Positions 21,005 to 32,713 of a stretch of 64,000 nt of DNA are shown here, piece by piece. Origin of the DNA: Gammaproteobacteria bacterium (GTDB lineage Bacteria; Pseudomonadota; Gammaproteobacteria; Eutrophobiales; Eutrophobiaceae); contig CAXMWX010000011.1 of the NCBI GenBank assembly GCA_963422205.2, forward strand, positions 132,686 through 196,685. The letters are read 5' to 3'. Each line of letters begins with the position of its first letter. Within the stretch, counting starts at the first letter, position 1. The notes beneath the pieces were generated by a model. The model had not been told where the DNA came from. It did not search any database and saw only the letters and a list, made by a program, of their open reading frames with translations. A program made the translations under genes and the position numbers.

Positions 21005-23887
21005 TTAATCAGATAATAACGCTGGCTGTTTTCTTTTTCGCTTTCCAGTTGTTCGGGCAGGTTTTTTTTTCAAGACCGCCGCCAGGTAGCTGGCGGTGTA
21101 AGAGCCTTTTACCTTGACCAGATCCTCGGGCCGGCCAGCAGCAATAATCTGCCCGCCGCCATCGCCACCTTCCGGCCCCAGATCGATGATCCAGTCCGCC
21201 GTCTTGATCACATCCAGATTATGCTCAATCACAACCACCGTATTGCCGTGATCGCGCAACCGGTGCAATACCTGTAGCAACTGTTTGATATCGTGAAAAT
21301 GCAGGCCAGTGGTGGGTTCATCCAGAATGTACAAGGTCTTGCCGGTGTCACGTTTGGACAGCTCGCGGGAGAGCTTCACCCGCTGTGCCTCGCCGCCTGA
21401 CAAGGTCGTTGCATTTTGCCCCAGACGGATATAGGACAGGCCGACATCCATCAAGGTCTGTAGCTTGCGGGCCAACACCGGCACGGCATCAAAAAACTCA
21501 CGCGCCTCTTCCACCGTCATGTCCAGCGCCTGATAAATGCTTTTTCCCTTGTAGTGAATGTCCAGGGTTTCACGGTTATAACGCTTGCCCTTGCAGAGAT
21601 CACACAGCACATAAATATCGGGCAGAAAGTGCATCTCAACCTTAATCAAGCCATCGCCCTGGCAGGCTTCACAGCGCCCGCCTTTGACATTAAAACTGAA
21701 CCGGCCGGGCTTATAGCCACGAGAGCGCGCCTCAGCCGTGGCCGCATACAGCTCCCGTATGGGCGTGAATAACCCGGTGTAGGTGGCCGGATTCGAACGT
21801 GGCGTGCGGCCAATCGGGCTCTGATCAATGTCCACCACTTTATCGAACTGCCCAAGCCCCTTGATGGTTTTATACGCCGCCGGGCTGGCACTGGCGCCAT
21901 GGATATCCCGTGCGGCTATTCGGTACAACGTATCGTTAATCAAGGTCGATTTACCCGACCCGGAGACACCCGTGATGCAAGTCATCAGGCCAACCGGCAG
22001 GGTCAGGTTGACGGATTTCAGGTTATTACCACAAGCACCCAGGAGCTTGACTGTGCGCTTAACATCCATGGCGGTACGGCTGGCAGGCACCTCAATCCGC
22101 GCTTTGCCAGAGAGGTAATGGCCAGTGAGGGATTTGTCTGATCCTGCAATAGCCGCCGGCTTGCCCTCGGCCACCACCTGCCCGCCATGCACACCCGCCC
22201 CCGGCCCCATATCAATCACATGATCAGCCGCATTAATCGCCTCCTCATCATGTTCAACCACGATCACGGTGTTACCAAGATCACGCAAATGCCGCAAGGT
22301 GGCCAGCAGCCTGTCATTATCACGCTGGTGCAGACCGATGGACGGCTCATCCAGCACATACATGACACCGACCAGGCCCGCCCCGATCTGACTGGCCAGA
22401 CGGATGCGTTGGGCTTCACCGCCGGAGAGTGTCTCAGCGCTTCGATCCAGGGTCAGGTAATCCAGGCCGACATTCATCAAAAACTGTAACCTGTCGCTCA
22501 CTTCTTTCAGAATTCGGGTGGCGATTTCTCCCTTGCGTCCGGCCAGCCGCAAATCCTGAAAAAATTCCTGCGCTGCCTGCACCGGCATGGCCGTGATCTC
22601 AGGCAGGGAAAGCTGCTGGATAAACACATGACAGGCCGAGCGGCGCAGACGGCTGCCGCCACAATCCGGGCAGGGCTTGTTGTTCTGATAACGTGCCAGC
22701 TCCTCCCGCACGATGCCAGAATCGGCCTCCCGGTAACGGCGCTGCATATTCGGTATCACGCCTTCAAACGGACGTGTACGCCTCTCTGCCCGCTTCCCGT
22801 CATACACATACTCAAACGCAATTTGCTCATCCCCACTGCCGTAGAGAATCATCTGCTGCATGGCTTTTTTCAGCTTGGCAAAAGGCGTATCGATATCAAA
22901 CTGGTAATGCCGGGCCAAGGATTTAATCAGTTGAAAATGATACGCATTGCGCCGTTCCCAACCCCGAATCGCCCCGCCCGGCAGACTAAGATCGGGGTTC
23001 TGCACCACCCGATCCACATCAAAAAACTGGATCACCCCCAGGCCATCGCAACGGCGGCATGCCCCCACGGGATTATTAAATGAGAACAGGCGCGGCTCCA
23101 GCTCACTCAGGCTGTAACCACACACAGCGCAGGCATAGCGGGCCGAGAAGACCGTATCCTCAATCGTTGCATCATCCATGGCCGCAACGATCACCAGGCC
23201 ATCGGACAGACGGGCCGTGGTCTCCAGAGATTCTGCCAGCCGTAACCCCAGATCCGGCCGCACCTTAAAACGGTCGACAACGGCTTCGATGGTGTGATTG
23301 CGGCGTAAATCCAGCGACGGTGCAGAATCCAGCCCCACTACCTTGCCATCAATTCTGGCACGCACAAAACCCTCCGCCCTGAGTTTGTCCAGCGCCTGCA
23401 CATGCTCGCCCTTGCGCCGCTTGACGATGGGCGCCAGCAGCATCAGACGCTCGCCTGCCGGGCGCTGCAAGATCAGATCGACCATCTGGCTGATCGTCTG
23501 TGCCTCCAGCACTGTGCCGTGATCCGGGCAATGTGGCTCCCCCACACGGGCATAGAGCAAGCGCAGGTAGTCATAAATCTCGGTGATGGTGCCGACTGTT
23601 GAGCGCGGGTTATGCGAGGTGGATTTCTGCTCGATGGAGATGGCCGGAGACAGGCCCTCAATGTGATCCACATCCGGTTTTTCCATCATCGATAAAAATT
23701 GGCGGGCGTAGGCGGACAGGGATTCCACATAACGCCGCTGCCCATCGGCATAGATCGTATCAAAAGCCAAGGAAGACTTGCCCGAACCGGACAGCCCGGT
23801 GATCACAATCAGCTTGTCCCTCGGCATATCAAGATTAATGTTCTGAAGATTGTGTGTCCGGGCACCTCTGATATGAATCGTATCCAT
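21005..23887 (-). CDS. uvrA: Excinuclease ABC subunit A
   Basis: GARTHNL, two Walker A motifs ([16 protein letters not shown]), LSGGEAQR twice, zinc fingers. Confidence 0.98.
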   Translation of the reverse strand: MDTIHIRGARTHNLQNINLDMPRDKLIVITGLSGSGKSSLAFDTIYADGQRRYVESLSAYARQFLSMMEKPDVDHIEGLSPAISIEQKSTSHNPRSTVGTITEIYDYLRLLYARVGEPHCPDHGTVLEAQTISQMVDLILQRPAGERLMLLAPIVKRRKGEHVQALDKLRAEGFVRARIDGKVVGLDSAPSLDLRRNHTIEAVVDRFKVRPDLGLRLAESLETTARLSDGLVIVAAMDDATIEDTVFSARYACAVCGYSLSELEPRLFSFNNPVGACRRCDGLGVIQFFDVDRVVQNPDLSLPGGAIRGWERRNAYHFQLIKSLARHYQFDIDTPFAKLKKAMQQMILYGSGDEQIAFEYVYDGKRAERRTRPFEGVIPNMQRRYREADSGIVREELARYQNNKPCPDCGGSRLRRSACHVFIQQLSLPEITAMPVQAAQEFFQDLRLAGRKGEIATRILKEVSDRLQFLMNVGLDYLTLDRSAETLSGGEAQRIRLASQIGAGLVGVMYVLDEPSIGLHQRDNDRLLATLRHLRDLGNTVIVVEHDEEAINAADHVIDMGPGAGVHGGQVVAEGKPAAIAGSDKSLTGHYLSGKARIEVPASRTAMDVKRTVKLLGACGNNLKSVNLTLPVGLMTCITGVSGSGKSTLINDTLYRIAARDIHGASASPAAYKTIKGLGQFDKVVDIDQSPIGRTPRSNPATYTGLFTPIRELYAATAEARSRGYKPGRFSFNVKGGRCEACQGDGLIKVEMHFLPDIYVLCDLCKGKRYNRETLDIHYKGKSIYQALDMTVEEAREFFDAVPVLARKLQTLMDVGLSYIRLGQNATTLSGGEAQRVKLSRELSKRDTGKTLYILDEPTTGLHFHDIKQLLQVLHRLRDHGNTVVVIEHNLDVIKTADWIIDLGPEGGDGGGQIIAAGRPEDLVKVKGSYTASYLAAVLKKKPARTTGKRKRKQPALLSD

Positions 23888-23931
23888 GATGAGAAATTTC
23901 AGCCCCTGGTATTAGCCTAATAAAAATTAAA

Positions 23932-23947
23932 CTGCTAATATTAGCAG
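23932..23947. promoter_or_regulatory. Putative LexA SOS box between divergent uvrA and ssb
   Basis: Perfect palindrome CTGCTAATATTAGCAG fits CTG-N10-CAG; the E. coli uvrA-ssb spacer also carries an SOS box. Confidence 0.7.
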
Positions 23948-24007
23948 ATAGCGGCAAAAATATGTCAACCGGCTTGAACAAAGAACATAACAACAAAGAG
24001 AACAGCG

Positions 24008-24463
24008 ATGGCAAGAGGGGTTAATAAAGTCATACTCATCGGAAACCTGGGGAACGACCCGGATGTGCGTTACACGGCGGGCGGGTCGGCGGTGGTCAAT
24101 ATCAGCATCGCCACCTCAGAATCATGGCGCGATAAAGAAACGGGGGAGAGGCAGGAGCGCACCGAATGGCACCGGGTGGTGTTCTTTGGTCGGCTGGCCG
24201 AGATCGTCTCAGAGTACCTGCGTAAAGGCGCGAAAATCTATATAGAAGGTCGCCTGCAAACCCGCAAATGGCAGGATAAGGACGGCAGCGACCGCTGGAC
24301 AACGGAGATTGTGGCAAATGAGATGCAGATGCTGGACAGCCGTGGTGGTCATGCAGATGCCGCACCGCCCGCACACAGATCAACCCAGGGAGCATCACCG
24401 GGCGAGGCGCCAGCAAAGCAGGCAACGGACTCTGAGTTTGTCGATGATGATATTCCGTTCTAG
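24008..24463 (+). CDS. ssb: Single-stranded DNA-binding protein
   Basis: [25 protein letters not shown]-terminal DDDIPF. Confidence 0.98.
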   Translation: MARGVNKVILIGNLGNDPDVRYTAGGSAVVNISIATSESWRDKETGERQERTEWHRVVFFGRLAEIVSEYLRKGAKIYIEGRLQTRKWQDKDGSDRWTTEIVANEMQMLDSRGGHADAAPPAHRSTQGASPGEAPAKQATDSEFVDDDIPF

Positions 24464-24542
24464 TACAAGCGGCTAGGCGCATAGCGGTCGCAGCAGATGG
24501 GGCAGGCAGCAACCGGGGGCATATTCAAGGCCAACCGCTGGT

Positions 24543-25994
24543 ATGACCATCACAACCCACGTTAATCTGCTCAAAAACAGACGGACGAAGATCATCGCTA
24601 CGGTCGGCCCGGCTTCGGCCCGGATGATCGATCAGTTGATTGATGCCGGGGTCAACGTATTCCGGCTGAACATGTCGCACGGTGAGCATAAATTTCACCA
24701 CACCATCTACCATGCCATACGGCAACAGTCGCTTGCACAACGCAGGACGGTAGCCGTGCTGGCCGATCTGTGCGGACCGAAAATTCGTACCGGCAGATTT
24801 CAGGGAGGGGCGACGACACTGGCAGATGGTGCTGAGGTCATCGTCACCACCAGGGAAGTGCTGGGAAGGGTCGGAAGGGTCGGGCTGATACCCTCACAAT
24901 ATGACCGGCTGGCCGCTGATCTCAAGCCCGATGATCGTATTCTGCTGGATGACGGGGCGATTGAGCTAAAAGTCAAGCGCATTGCAGGTGAGGATATTCA
25001 CTGCATTGTCGTACATGGCGGGGTGCTGCAAGATCACAAGGGCATGAATCTGCCCGGTGTCTCGGTCTCAGCACCTGCATTGACCGACAAGGATCGGGCA
25101 GATGCCGTCTTCGCCATGCAGTTGGGGGTTGACTTTTTAGCCCTGTCTTTTGTGAGGACAGCCGATGATATTAAGCAGTTGCAAGCACTGATTAAAGACC
25201 ATGATGCCGCCTGCAAGGTGGTCGCGAAAATTGAAAAACCGGAGGCGCTGCACAATGCCGAATCCATTATCAACGCCGCCGATGCCATCATGGTTGCCCG
25301 CGGCGATTTGGGCGTTGAGTTGCCAGCCGAACAGGTGCCGGTTGCACAACGGGAGCTGATTGAACTGGCAAGAGCGCATTTCAAACCGGTCATCGTTGCC
25401 ACCCAGATGCTCGAGTCCATGATTGAAAATGCCCGCCCTACCCGTGCCGAGGTCACGGATATCGCCTATGCCGTTACACTCAACACCGATGCCGTGATGC
25501 TCTCTGCCGAGACGGCGGCGGGCGATTTCCCGGTAGAGGCCGTGACGATGATGGATCGCATTGCCAGGCAAACAGAAGCCCACTTGTGGCAAAGCGGCCG
25601 TTACGGTGCGGCCATGCAGGCAGCGAAAGACAGCCCGCCCATCTGGTCGGTGATAGCCAATGCCACTGCGGTGATGTCACGTGAACTCATGGCACATGCC
25701 GTGGTGGTCATCTCGCAGACCGGCATGTCCGCCATGACGATGAGCGCCGCGCGCCCTGCCGCGCCCATCGTGGCACTGACGGCCAGCCCACAGGTATATC
25801 AAGGCATGGCGTTAATGTGGGGCATTATCCCCGTCTTGATCGAACAGGATGAGTCGCATGATCTCCTGACACTGGCCAAGACCAAAGCCAGTGAGCTGGG
25901 GCTGGCAGAGACGGGCGATTATATCCTGCTGGTTCAGGGTTTTAACAAAGAGGCCGCTAACAATACACCAACCATAACCGCCATCATGATCTGA
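24543..25994 (+). CDS. pyk: Pyruvate kinase
   Basis: RRTKIIATVGP, RLNMSHG, MVARGDLGVE, ATQMLESM, PTRAEVTD. Confidence 0.96.
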   Translation: MTITTHVNLLKNRRTKIIATVGPASARMIDQLIDAGVNVFRLNMSHGEHKFHHTIYHAIRQQSLAQRRTVAVLADLCGPKIRTGRFQGGATTLADGAEVIVTTREVLGRVGRVGLIPSQYDRLAADLKPDDRILLDDGAIELKVKRIAGEDIHCIVVHGGVLQDHKGMNLPGVSVSAPALTDKDRADAVFAMQLGVDFLALSFVRTADDIKQLQALIKDHDAACKVVAKIEKPEALHNAESIINAADAIMVARGDLGVELPAEQVPVAQRELIELARAHFKPVIVATQMLESMIENARPTRAEVTDIAYAVTLNTDAVMLSAETAAGDFPVEAVTMMDRIARQTEAHLWQSGRYGAAMQAAKDSPPIWSVIANATAVMSRELMAHAVVVISQTGMSAMTMSAARPAAPIVALTASPQVYQGMALMWGIIPVLIEQDESHDLLTLAKTKASELGLAETGDYILLVQGFNKEAANNTPTITAIMI

Positions 25995-26002
25995 TCAGCG
26001 GC

Positions 26003-26500
26003 TCACAGCAGCCTGCCCGCCCGATAGACCGGCAGGCTATCGTCAGCCGCCGCCTGATAGGCCAGGCTGAAATCATCCAGGCCGCTTATCGCCCCTCTGC
26101 TGTCTTTATCTGCACTGATCTGAAAGGCATCAAAACCACAGCGCTGCATGTAGAACAACTGATCCCGCAGCACCTCCCCGACCGCCCTGAGTTCGCCTTT
26201 GTAATGATACCTCTCACGCAACATACGCGCCTGTGAATAGACCCGGCCATCCTTGAACTGGGGAAAATTCAGGGCAATCATCGGAAAATCAGCCAGCAAC
26301 GGGGCTAACAGTGCCACCTCATCGTCAGGATTGAGATAGACGGCCACCTTGCCCGGATGTTCTTCCAGGACGGCCGGTTGCTCCCGCCACCAGGCGAAAG
26401 GCACGATAATATCGGTTGCTGGCAGCCGCTGATCATGCCCATCACCCGCAATCAGTTGCCACTGATCCTCCATCACCTGCCTGTGCTTAATGACCTTCAA
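26003..26500 (-). CDS. DUF934 protein, partner of Pseudomonas-type CysI
   Basis: IALNFPQFKDGRVYSQARMLR, ELRAVGEVLRDQLFYMQRCGFDAF; 4-nt overlap with cysI. Confidence 0.92.
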   Translation of the reverse strand: MKVIKHRQVMEDQWQLIAGDGHDQRLPATDIIVPFAWWREQPAVLEEHPGKVAVYLNPDDEVALLAPLLADFPMIALNFPQFKDGRVYSQARMLRERYHYKGELRAVGEVLRDQLFYMQRCGFDAFQISADKDSRGAISGLDDFSLAYQAAADDSLPVYRAGRLL

Positions 26501-28182
26501 CGTATCGCCGCCTCCCTCGCCGTGCCAGCCCCCGCTGCATAGACCCTCGCCTTGAAAGGCGCCATGCCGATACGCTGATAAGTCGCCAGGAATGGCTCTT
26601 CAGCCTCCCGTTGCTCAACATACACCTGCAATATATCCGCTATGGTCTCGGCTACCTTTTCCCTGGCGATGGCAGGGCCAAGCCGCTCGCCGAGGCTGGC
26701 CTGCTGATTTGCCGAACCGCCCAGGGTCAGTTGATAAAACTCCTCGCCTTTTTTATTCACGCCCAGAATGCCGATATGCCCGACATGATGATGCCCACAG
26801 GCATTCATGCAGCCCGACATTTTGATCTGTATCTCGCCGATGTCGTGCAGATAATCCAGATCATCAAAGCGCTGGTTGATCTGCTTGGCGATGGGGATAG
26901 AGCCGGCATTCGCCAGGCTGCAATAATCGAGGCCCGGGCAGCAGATCATATCCGTCAGCAGGCCGATATTCGCAGTCGCCAGGCCCTGCTGTTTAAGCAC
27001 CTGCCAAAGCGGGTAGAGATCCGCCTGCCTGACATGGGCGAGAAGCAGATTTTGATCGTGCGTCACCCTGATCTCGCCCAGGCTGTATTGTTCCGCCAGA
27101 TCAGCAATCATACGCATCTGCTCGCTGGTGGCATCCCCCGGGGCGATGGCCGGATGCTTGAGCGAGAGATAGACGGCACGGTAGCCCGACACCTTGTGTG
27201 GCTTGACGTTGCGCTGATACCAGTTGCTGAAGTCCTTCGATTCGGCGATGGCCTGATCACAGGTACGATCGGCAGCGGCATCGGCGGCATAATCGGGCAT
27301 CGTGAAGTGTGATCTCATCCGCTCGATGGCGGCTGGTTCCAGCCGAAGTGCCGAGTCCCTGATGCACTGCCACTCCGCCTCCACCTGTTCAGCAAATCGC
27401 TCCGCCCCCATTGCATTCAGCAGAATTTTAAGCCGTGCCTTGTAGATATTATCGCGCCGCCCGAAGCGGTTATAGATGCGTAAAATCGCCTCCAGATAAG
27501 ATAACAGATGCTGTTTCTCCAAAAACGGACGGATACAGGTGCCGATATAAGGCGTCCTGCCCAGGCCACCGCCGACAATCACCTTAAAACCGACAGCACC
27601 GCCATCATCCCGCACCAGATACAAACCAATGTCATGCACCTGCACCGCTGCACGATCATTTTCGGCCCCCGAGACGGCGATCTTGAATTTCCGCGGCAGG
27701 TAGGAGAACTCAGGATGCAAGGTTGACCACTGGCGGATGATCTCGCAATAGGGCCGGGGATCTTCAATCTCATCCGCCGCAATTCCGGCAAAGTGATCGG
27801 AGGTCACGTTGCGGATGCAGTTACCGCTGGTCTGGATGGCGTGCATCTGCACTGTTGCCAGATCAGCGAGCAGGTCGGGAACAGACTCCAGCCTGGGCCA
27901 GTTGTACTGAATATTCTGCCGGGTGCTGAAATGGGCATAACCCTTGTCGTATTTGTCCGCCACCTCGGCCAGCATGCGTAACTGCCCGGCTGAGAGCAAC
28001 CCGTAAGGAATCGCCACCCGCAACATGGGCGCATGGCGCTGAAGATACAGCCCGTTCATCAGGCGTAACGGGCGGAACTCATCCTCGCTCAATTCGCCCG
28101 CCAGAAATCGCCGGGTCTGATCACGAAACTGCGCTACGCGCTCATCGACAATCTGTTGATCGTACTCATCATAGCGATACAT
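26497..28182 (-). CDS. cysI: Nitrite/sulfite reductase hemoprotein (Pseudomonas-type CysI)
   Basis: MYRYDEYD start, TSGNCIRN, LPRKFKIA, CPGLDYC and SGCMNACG siroheme/4Fe-4S ligands. Confidence 0.92.
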   Translation of the reverse strand: MYRYDEYDQQIVDERVAQFRDQTRRFLAGELSEDEFRPLRLMNGLYLQRHAPMLRVAIPYGLLSAGQLRMLAEVADKYDKGYAHFSTRQNIQYNWPRLESVPDLLADLATVQMHAIQTSGNCIRNVTSDHFAGIAADEIEDPRPYCEIIRQWSTLHPEFSYLPRKFKIAVSGAENDRAAVQVHDIGLYLVRDDGGAVGFKVIVGGGLGRTPYIGTCIRPFLEKQHLLSYLEAILRIYNRFGRRDNIYKARLKILLNAMGAERFAEQVEAEWQCIRDSALRLEPAAIERMRSHFTMPDYAADAAADRTCDQAIAESKDFSNWYQRNVKPHKVSGYRAVYLSLKHPAIAPGDATSEQMRMIADLAEQYSLGEIRVTHDQNLLLAHVRQADLYPLWQVLKQQGLATANIGLLTDMICCPGLDYCSLANAGSIPIAKQINQRFDDLDYLHDIGEIQIKMSGCMNACGHHHVGHIGILGVNKKGEEFYQLTLGGSANQQASLGERLGPAIAREKVAETIADILQVYVEQREAEEPFLATYQRIGMAPFKARVYAAGAGTAREAAIR

Positions 28183-28290
28183 TGTGTCACTTCCCGCATG
28201 ATTTGTTGGGAAGCAGGACTGTAGCAATAAATTTTTATGATTAAAAATGCTAAATCGTGCTATTTATATAAATAAAAAGAATAAATAAAC

Positions 28291-29388
28291 TCAGGCCAGG
28301 TGTGGCCGGGCGAGGTAGGTACAGGTCTGCATCTCCATCAGGCGGCTGTAGGTACGTTTGAACTCCTCGGCAAGCCGGCGGCCTTGATACAGCGCGGCCG
28401 CACTCACCTCGGCGGCAATGATCAGCGTAACGTTGCGATCATAGAACTCATCGACCAGGCTGATAAACCGCCGTGCCAGATCATTGGTCTCATCATCCAT
28501 GGCCATCACACCGCTGATCAAGACTGTCTGGAACTGCCTGGCGATGCCAATGTAATCGGCCGGCCCTCTCGGTCCATCACAGATCGCCTTGAAATCAAAC
28601 CATACCACGCCATCACAAAAGCGCAGGTTACGAATCTTGCGGTTTTCGATCTCGATCGTGGAGTTAATCCGACCGGTATCGGGGGCAATGGTCAAATAAG
28701 CGTGTTCCAGGGCGGCATTCGCTTCGGCACTTAACGGGTAATGATAGGTCTTTGCCTGATCAAGGTAGCGCAGGCGATAATCTGTGGTGACCGCAATTTC
28801 GATCACCTCGGTGTGCTGTTTGATGAGCGCTATGGCGGGCAGGAAGCGTACCCGTTGCAAGCCATCCCAATAGAGCCTGTCCGGTGCCACATTTGAGGTG
28901 GCCACCAGGGTCACGCCGTTGGCGAACAGGGCAGAGAACAGCCCGCCCAGTAGCATGGCATCGGTGATGTCGGCCACATAAAACTCATCAAAACAAATGA
29001 CTTTTGCCTGCTGTGCCAGCCGGGCGGCGATTAATCGCAGCGGATGTTGCTGGTTTTTGTGTTGTTGCAATTCATGGTGAACTCGCTGCATGAAACGATG
29101 GAAATGTATACGCAGCTTGTCCTCAAAAGGCAGGCAATCGAAAAACAGATCCACCATATAGGTCTTGCCCCGCCCCACCCCACCCCATAAATACATGCCT
29201 TTAACTGCGGGCTCTGCCACACCCGGCAACAAGTTCCTGAGACGATTCAACCAGCCGGCATCGTATGCACGGTCTGCCAGCCGGGCATGCAATACCTGCA
29301 AGCGCTCCAGTATCTTAATTTGCAGCGGGTCAGAACGTATCTTGCCTGCCTGTATGTCTTGCTGATAACGTTGCATTGGTGTCATCAT
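28291..29388 (-). CDS. zapE: Cell division ATPase ZapE (AFG1 family)
   Basis: GMYLWGGVGRGKT, HFHRFM, CFDEF, TSN, GLQR. Confidence 0.94.
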   Translation of the reverse strand: MMTPMQRYQQDIQAGKIRSDPLQIKILERLQVLHARLADRAYDAGWLNRLRNLLPGVAEPAVKGMYLWGGVGRGKTYMVDLFFDCLPFEDKLRIHFHRFMQRVHHELQQHKNQQHPLRLIAARLAQQAKVICFDEFYVADITDAMLLGGLFSALFANGVTLVATSNVAPDRLYWDGLQRVRFLPAIALIKQHTEVIEIAVTTDYRLRYLDQAKTYHYPLSAEANAALEHAYLTIAPDTGRINSTIEIENRKIRNLRFCDGVVWFDFKAICDGPRGPADYIGIARQFQTVLISGVMAMDDETNDLARRFISLVDEFYDRNVTLIIAAEVSAAALYQGRRLAEEFKRTYSRLMEMQTCTYLARPHLA

Positions 29389-29431
29389 TGAACCTTAACA
29401 AATAATTCCCGATTGCAGGCATGATATTACG

Positions 29432-30115
29432 ATGGTTATTATCGCTTCACTCGGTGTGATTCTCGTTCTGTTGTTCGGGCCGCAACTGTGGGTTAAGTAT
29501 GTCTTCAGGAAATACAATACCGACTTACCCCAGCTGCCGGGCAACGGCGGCGAGCTGGCTGAACATCTGCTGGACAGATTAGGATATGAGGATATCAGCA
29601 CCGAGATCACCGAAGCGGGTGATCATTATGACCCGCAGAAGAAGTCGGTCTGCTTATCACCTGCAAGCTATCAGGGGCGCTCACTGACCGCCATCGTCAT
29701 AGCCGCCCATGAAGTGGGACATGCCATCCAGCACAAATCGGCCTACAAGCCGATGGTCATACGTGAGCATCTGGCCAGATTCGCCGGCATGGCCGAGAAG
29801 ATCGCCGGCCTGGTGCTGGTGAGTTTTCCGTTTGCCGCCATCATCACAAGACAACCCCTGGTGGGCGGGCTGATGTTCGCCCTGGGGCTGGGGATTCTCC
29901 TGTTACCCGTGTTGTTTCATTTTGTGACCCTGCCGGTTGAGTTTGACGCCAGCTTCAACCGCGCCCTGCCTATCCTGATTCAGGGTAACTACCTGCCTGC
30001 CAGCGCCGAGCCGGTGGTACGACAGATATTGACAGCCGCCGCATTGACCTATCTGTCTGCCTCATTATTCAGCCTGTTAAACTTCTATCGCTGGCTGATC
30101 TTTCTCAGGCGCTAA
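29432..30115 (+). CDS. Membrane zinc metallopeptidase (YugP-like)
   Basis: DHYDP, AAHEVGHAIQH, TLPVEFDAS, LTAAALTY. Confidence 0.9.
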   Translation: MVIIASLGVILVLLFGPQLWVKYVFRKYNTDLPQLPGNGGELAEHLLDRLGYEDISTEITEAGDHYDPQKKSVCLSPASYQGRSLTAIVIAAHEVGHAIQHKSAYKPMVIREHLARFAGMAEKIAGLVLVSFPFAAIITRQPLVGGLMFALGLGILLLPVLFHFVTLPVEFDASFNRALPILIQGNYLPASAEPVVRQILTAAALTYLSASLFSLLNFYRWLIFLRR

Positions 30116-31185
30116 AACAGCGAGCGCTGCTGACCGGGCAGGCAGGGCGGTGTGAATAAATCGGTGCTAAGCAGTGCAGGTGCTGCCATATAGCCGCATT
30201 TTCGCTTAGCGAGCATAAACCGCTGCTGAATCAGGTGGGCAATATGCCCCTCGCCGGTATGCCGGCTGTGAAAACGTGGATCATTCTCCCTGCCGTTACG
30301 TATATCGCGCAAAATCGTGAAGATGCGTTTCAGCTTGTCCGGGGCATGTGCCTGCAACCACTCCCGAAACAGCTGTTTTACCTCATGCGGCAGGCGCAAC
30401 ATGATGTAATCGGCGGTTTGTGCGCCGGCGGCCCTCGCCTGCCTGAGTACCTGTTCCATTTCCGCATCATTGATAAACGGAATGACCGGGGCAAACAGCA
30501 CACCCACAGGCACACCGGCCGCATGCAGATTGGCAATGGTCTGCAAGCGCCGCTTCGGGGCTGTCGCCCTCGGCTCCAGGCGTCTGGTCAAGTCATGATC
30601 CAGGCTGGTGACAGAGACAAACACATGCAGCAGATTCATCTCGGCCATCGGCTTGAGCAGATCAAGATCCCGCTCAATCAGCCAGGACTTGGTCACGATC
30701 GTCAGCGGATGCCGGCAGGCGAGCAATACCGCAATTATCTCCCTCGTCACCCGATATTGCCGTTCAATCGGCTGATAAGGATCCGTGTTGGCGCCCATGG
30801 CAATCACCGAACAACGATAGCTTCTCTTCGCCAGGGCCTCCTTCAGTAGCTCAGCGGCATTGTGTTTGACAAACAGCCTGGATTCAAAATCAATCCCGGG
30901 CGATAAGTCCATATAGGCATGTGCCGGACGGGCATAACAATACACACAACCATGCTCACAGCCCCGGTAGGGATTGATGGATTTATCAAAGGGAATATCC
31001 GGCGATGTGTTGCTGCTGATGATCGTCTTGGGATACTCAGGGGTGACGGTCGTCCTGACCGCCGTTGCCTCAGCATCAGCCGGATACCAGCCATCGTCAA
31101 ACGCTTCACGCTGATGCGCCAGATACCTTGGCTTTGGCCTCGTATACGTGCCTCTGCCCTTCAGCTTTTTCTTATCTGGCTGCAT
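30112..31185 (-). CDS. PA0069-family radical SAM protein (SPL-like)
   Basis: SINPYRGCEHGCVYCYARP, NTDPYQPIE, LRLPHEV. Confidence 0.92.
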   Translation of the reverse strand: MQPDKKKLKGRGTYTRPKPRYLAHQREAFDDGWYPADAEATAVRTTVTPEYPKTIISSNTSPDIPFDKSINPYRGCEHGCVYCYARPAHAYMDLSPGIDFESRLFVKHNAAELLKEALAKRSYRCSVIAMGANTDPYQPIERQYRVTREIIAVLLACRHPLTIVTKSWLIERDLDLLKPMAEMNLLHVFVSVTSLDHDLTRRLEPRATAPKRRLQTIANLHAAGVPVGVLFAPVIPFINDAEMEQVLRQARAAGAQTADYIMLRLPHEVKQLFREWLQAHAPDKLKRIFTILRDIRNGRENDPRFHSRHTGEGHIAHLIQQRFMLAKRKCGYMAAPALLSTDLFTPPCLPGQQRSLF

Positions 31186-31328
31186 TTATCGTTCGCCCGT
31201 GGCCTCGTTACATCGATCAGCACGGCGGTATTGTTGCATACGCCTGTTGCAGATCATGTATCATCATGGGAAGTGCATCATGTCCCAGCGCACAAAGATA
31301 ACACAGAACTAACGACCACAAGACAACC

Positions 31329-32618
31329 ATGCTGCCCCCCGTTCTAACCGACATCATCCTGCTGCTCTTGTTAGCGATCAGCATCGCCTTGCTTCTCCGG
31401 GGCTTTAGCCAGCGTGAGAATACCGAGTTCAGCACGCATCTGAATCTGCGTTTTGATGAGTACGGAAGAAAAATCCATGCCCTGGATGAGCAACTAGGCA
31501 AGCATCAGCTTGCCCAGCTTGATGCCACCAGCCACTTGCGTGAGCAACTTGGCCTTAGCCTGGCCGAGCACAATACCCGGTTTGAACAACGGCAAAACGA
31601 CGCCGTCACCCAATTATCCACCCTGTTGCAAACCGGCATGACCCATACCCAGAAACAGGTGGGGGACTATCTTGCCAGAAACAGCGAGGAGTTGGGCAGA
31701 CGGGTTGATGAGTTGACCAAAAAGACAGACGCCCGGCTGGCAGAGATCAGCACCCAGGTGGATAGGCGTTTAACCGCCGGCTTTGAGAAAACCAGCGCCA
31801 CGTTTACAGATATCCTCAAACGGCTGGTGCTGATAGACGAGGCACAAAAGAAGATCACTGAACTCTCCAGCAATGTCGTCAGCTTGCAGGAATTACTGGC
31901 AGACAAGCGCTCACGGGGCGCCTTCGGTGAGGTGCAACTCAGCGCCCTGGTGCGTAATTTCATGCCCGAGAGCAGCTATCAACTGCAATATACCCTGCCC
32001 AACAACAAAATAGCCGATTGCGTTTTGTTCCTGCCTGCCCCGGTCGGCAAGATCGTCATTGATGCGAAATTCCCGCTGGAATCCTATAGCCGCATGATGG
32101 ACACCGACCTGCCGGAGGCGGACAGGAAGGCAGCGGCGAGGCAGTTCAAACAGGATATTCGCAAACACGTAAACGACATTGCCGAGAAATACATCATCCC
32201 CGGCACAACAGCCGATGGGGCGGTCATGTTCCTCCCGGCCGAGGCGGTATTTGCCGAGATCCATGCCCATCATCAGGACCTGGTGGACAAGGCACATGCC
32301 GCCAGGGTGTGCATGGCCTCGCCCAGCACGCTGTGGGCTATCCTGAACACCGCCCGCTCGGTACTGAAAGATGCCGCCACCCGTGAACAAATCCATCTCA
32401 TCCAGGAGCACCTGCGCTATTTATCGGCGGATTTTGGCCGCTTTGAAAAGCGCATGGATGATCTCGCCAGACATATCCGCCAGGCAAATGACGATGTAGA
32501 GAAGGTCAGCACCTCGGCACGCAAGATCAGCAGCCGTTTCAGTCAGATAGAGCAGGTTGATCTGGAACAGGACGCACTCAAGGCGGCGGATGGGGATGGC
32601 AGGGAGAGAATCATCTGA
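31329..32618 (+). CDS. rmuC: DNA recombination protein RmuC
   Basis: TM plus coiled coil; RGAFGEVQL, IDAKFP, AEKYI, VMFLPAEAVF, SPSTL. Confidence 0.93.
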   Translation: MLPPVLTDIILLLLLAISIALLLRGFSQRENTEFSTHLNLRFDEYGRKIHALDEQLGKHQLAQLDATSHLREQLGLSLAEHNTRFEQRQNDAVTQLSTLLQTGMTHTQKQVGDYLARNSEELGRRVDELTKKTDARLAEISTQVDRRLTAGFEKTSATFTDILKRLVLIDEAQKKITELSSNVVSLQELLADKRSRGAFGEVQLSALVRNFMPESSYQLQYTLPNNKIADCVLFLPAPVGKIVIDAKFPLESYSRMMDTDLPEADRKAAARQFKQDIRKHVNDIAEKYIIPGTTADGAVMFLPAEAVFAEIHAHHQDLVDKAHAARVCMASPSTLWAILNTARSVLKDAATREQIHLIQEHLRYLSADFGRFEKRMDDLARHIRQANDDVEKVSTSARKISSRFSQIEQVDLEQDALKAADGDGRERII

Positions 32619-32713
32619 TATAAGTCAGGCTTGTAAATATCTTTTATCTCAATGTGTTAAGATACATTCTGAAAATATATCTTAAAACTTTAGCTGACTG
32701 AACACGATCTTAA

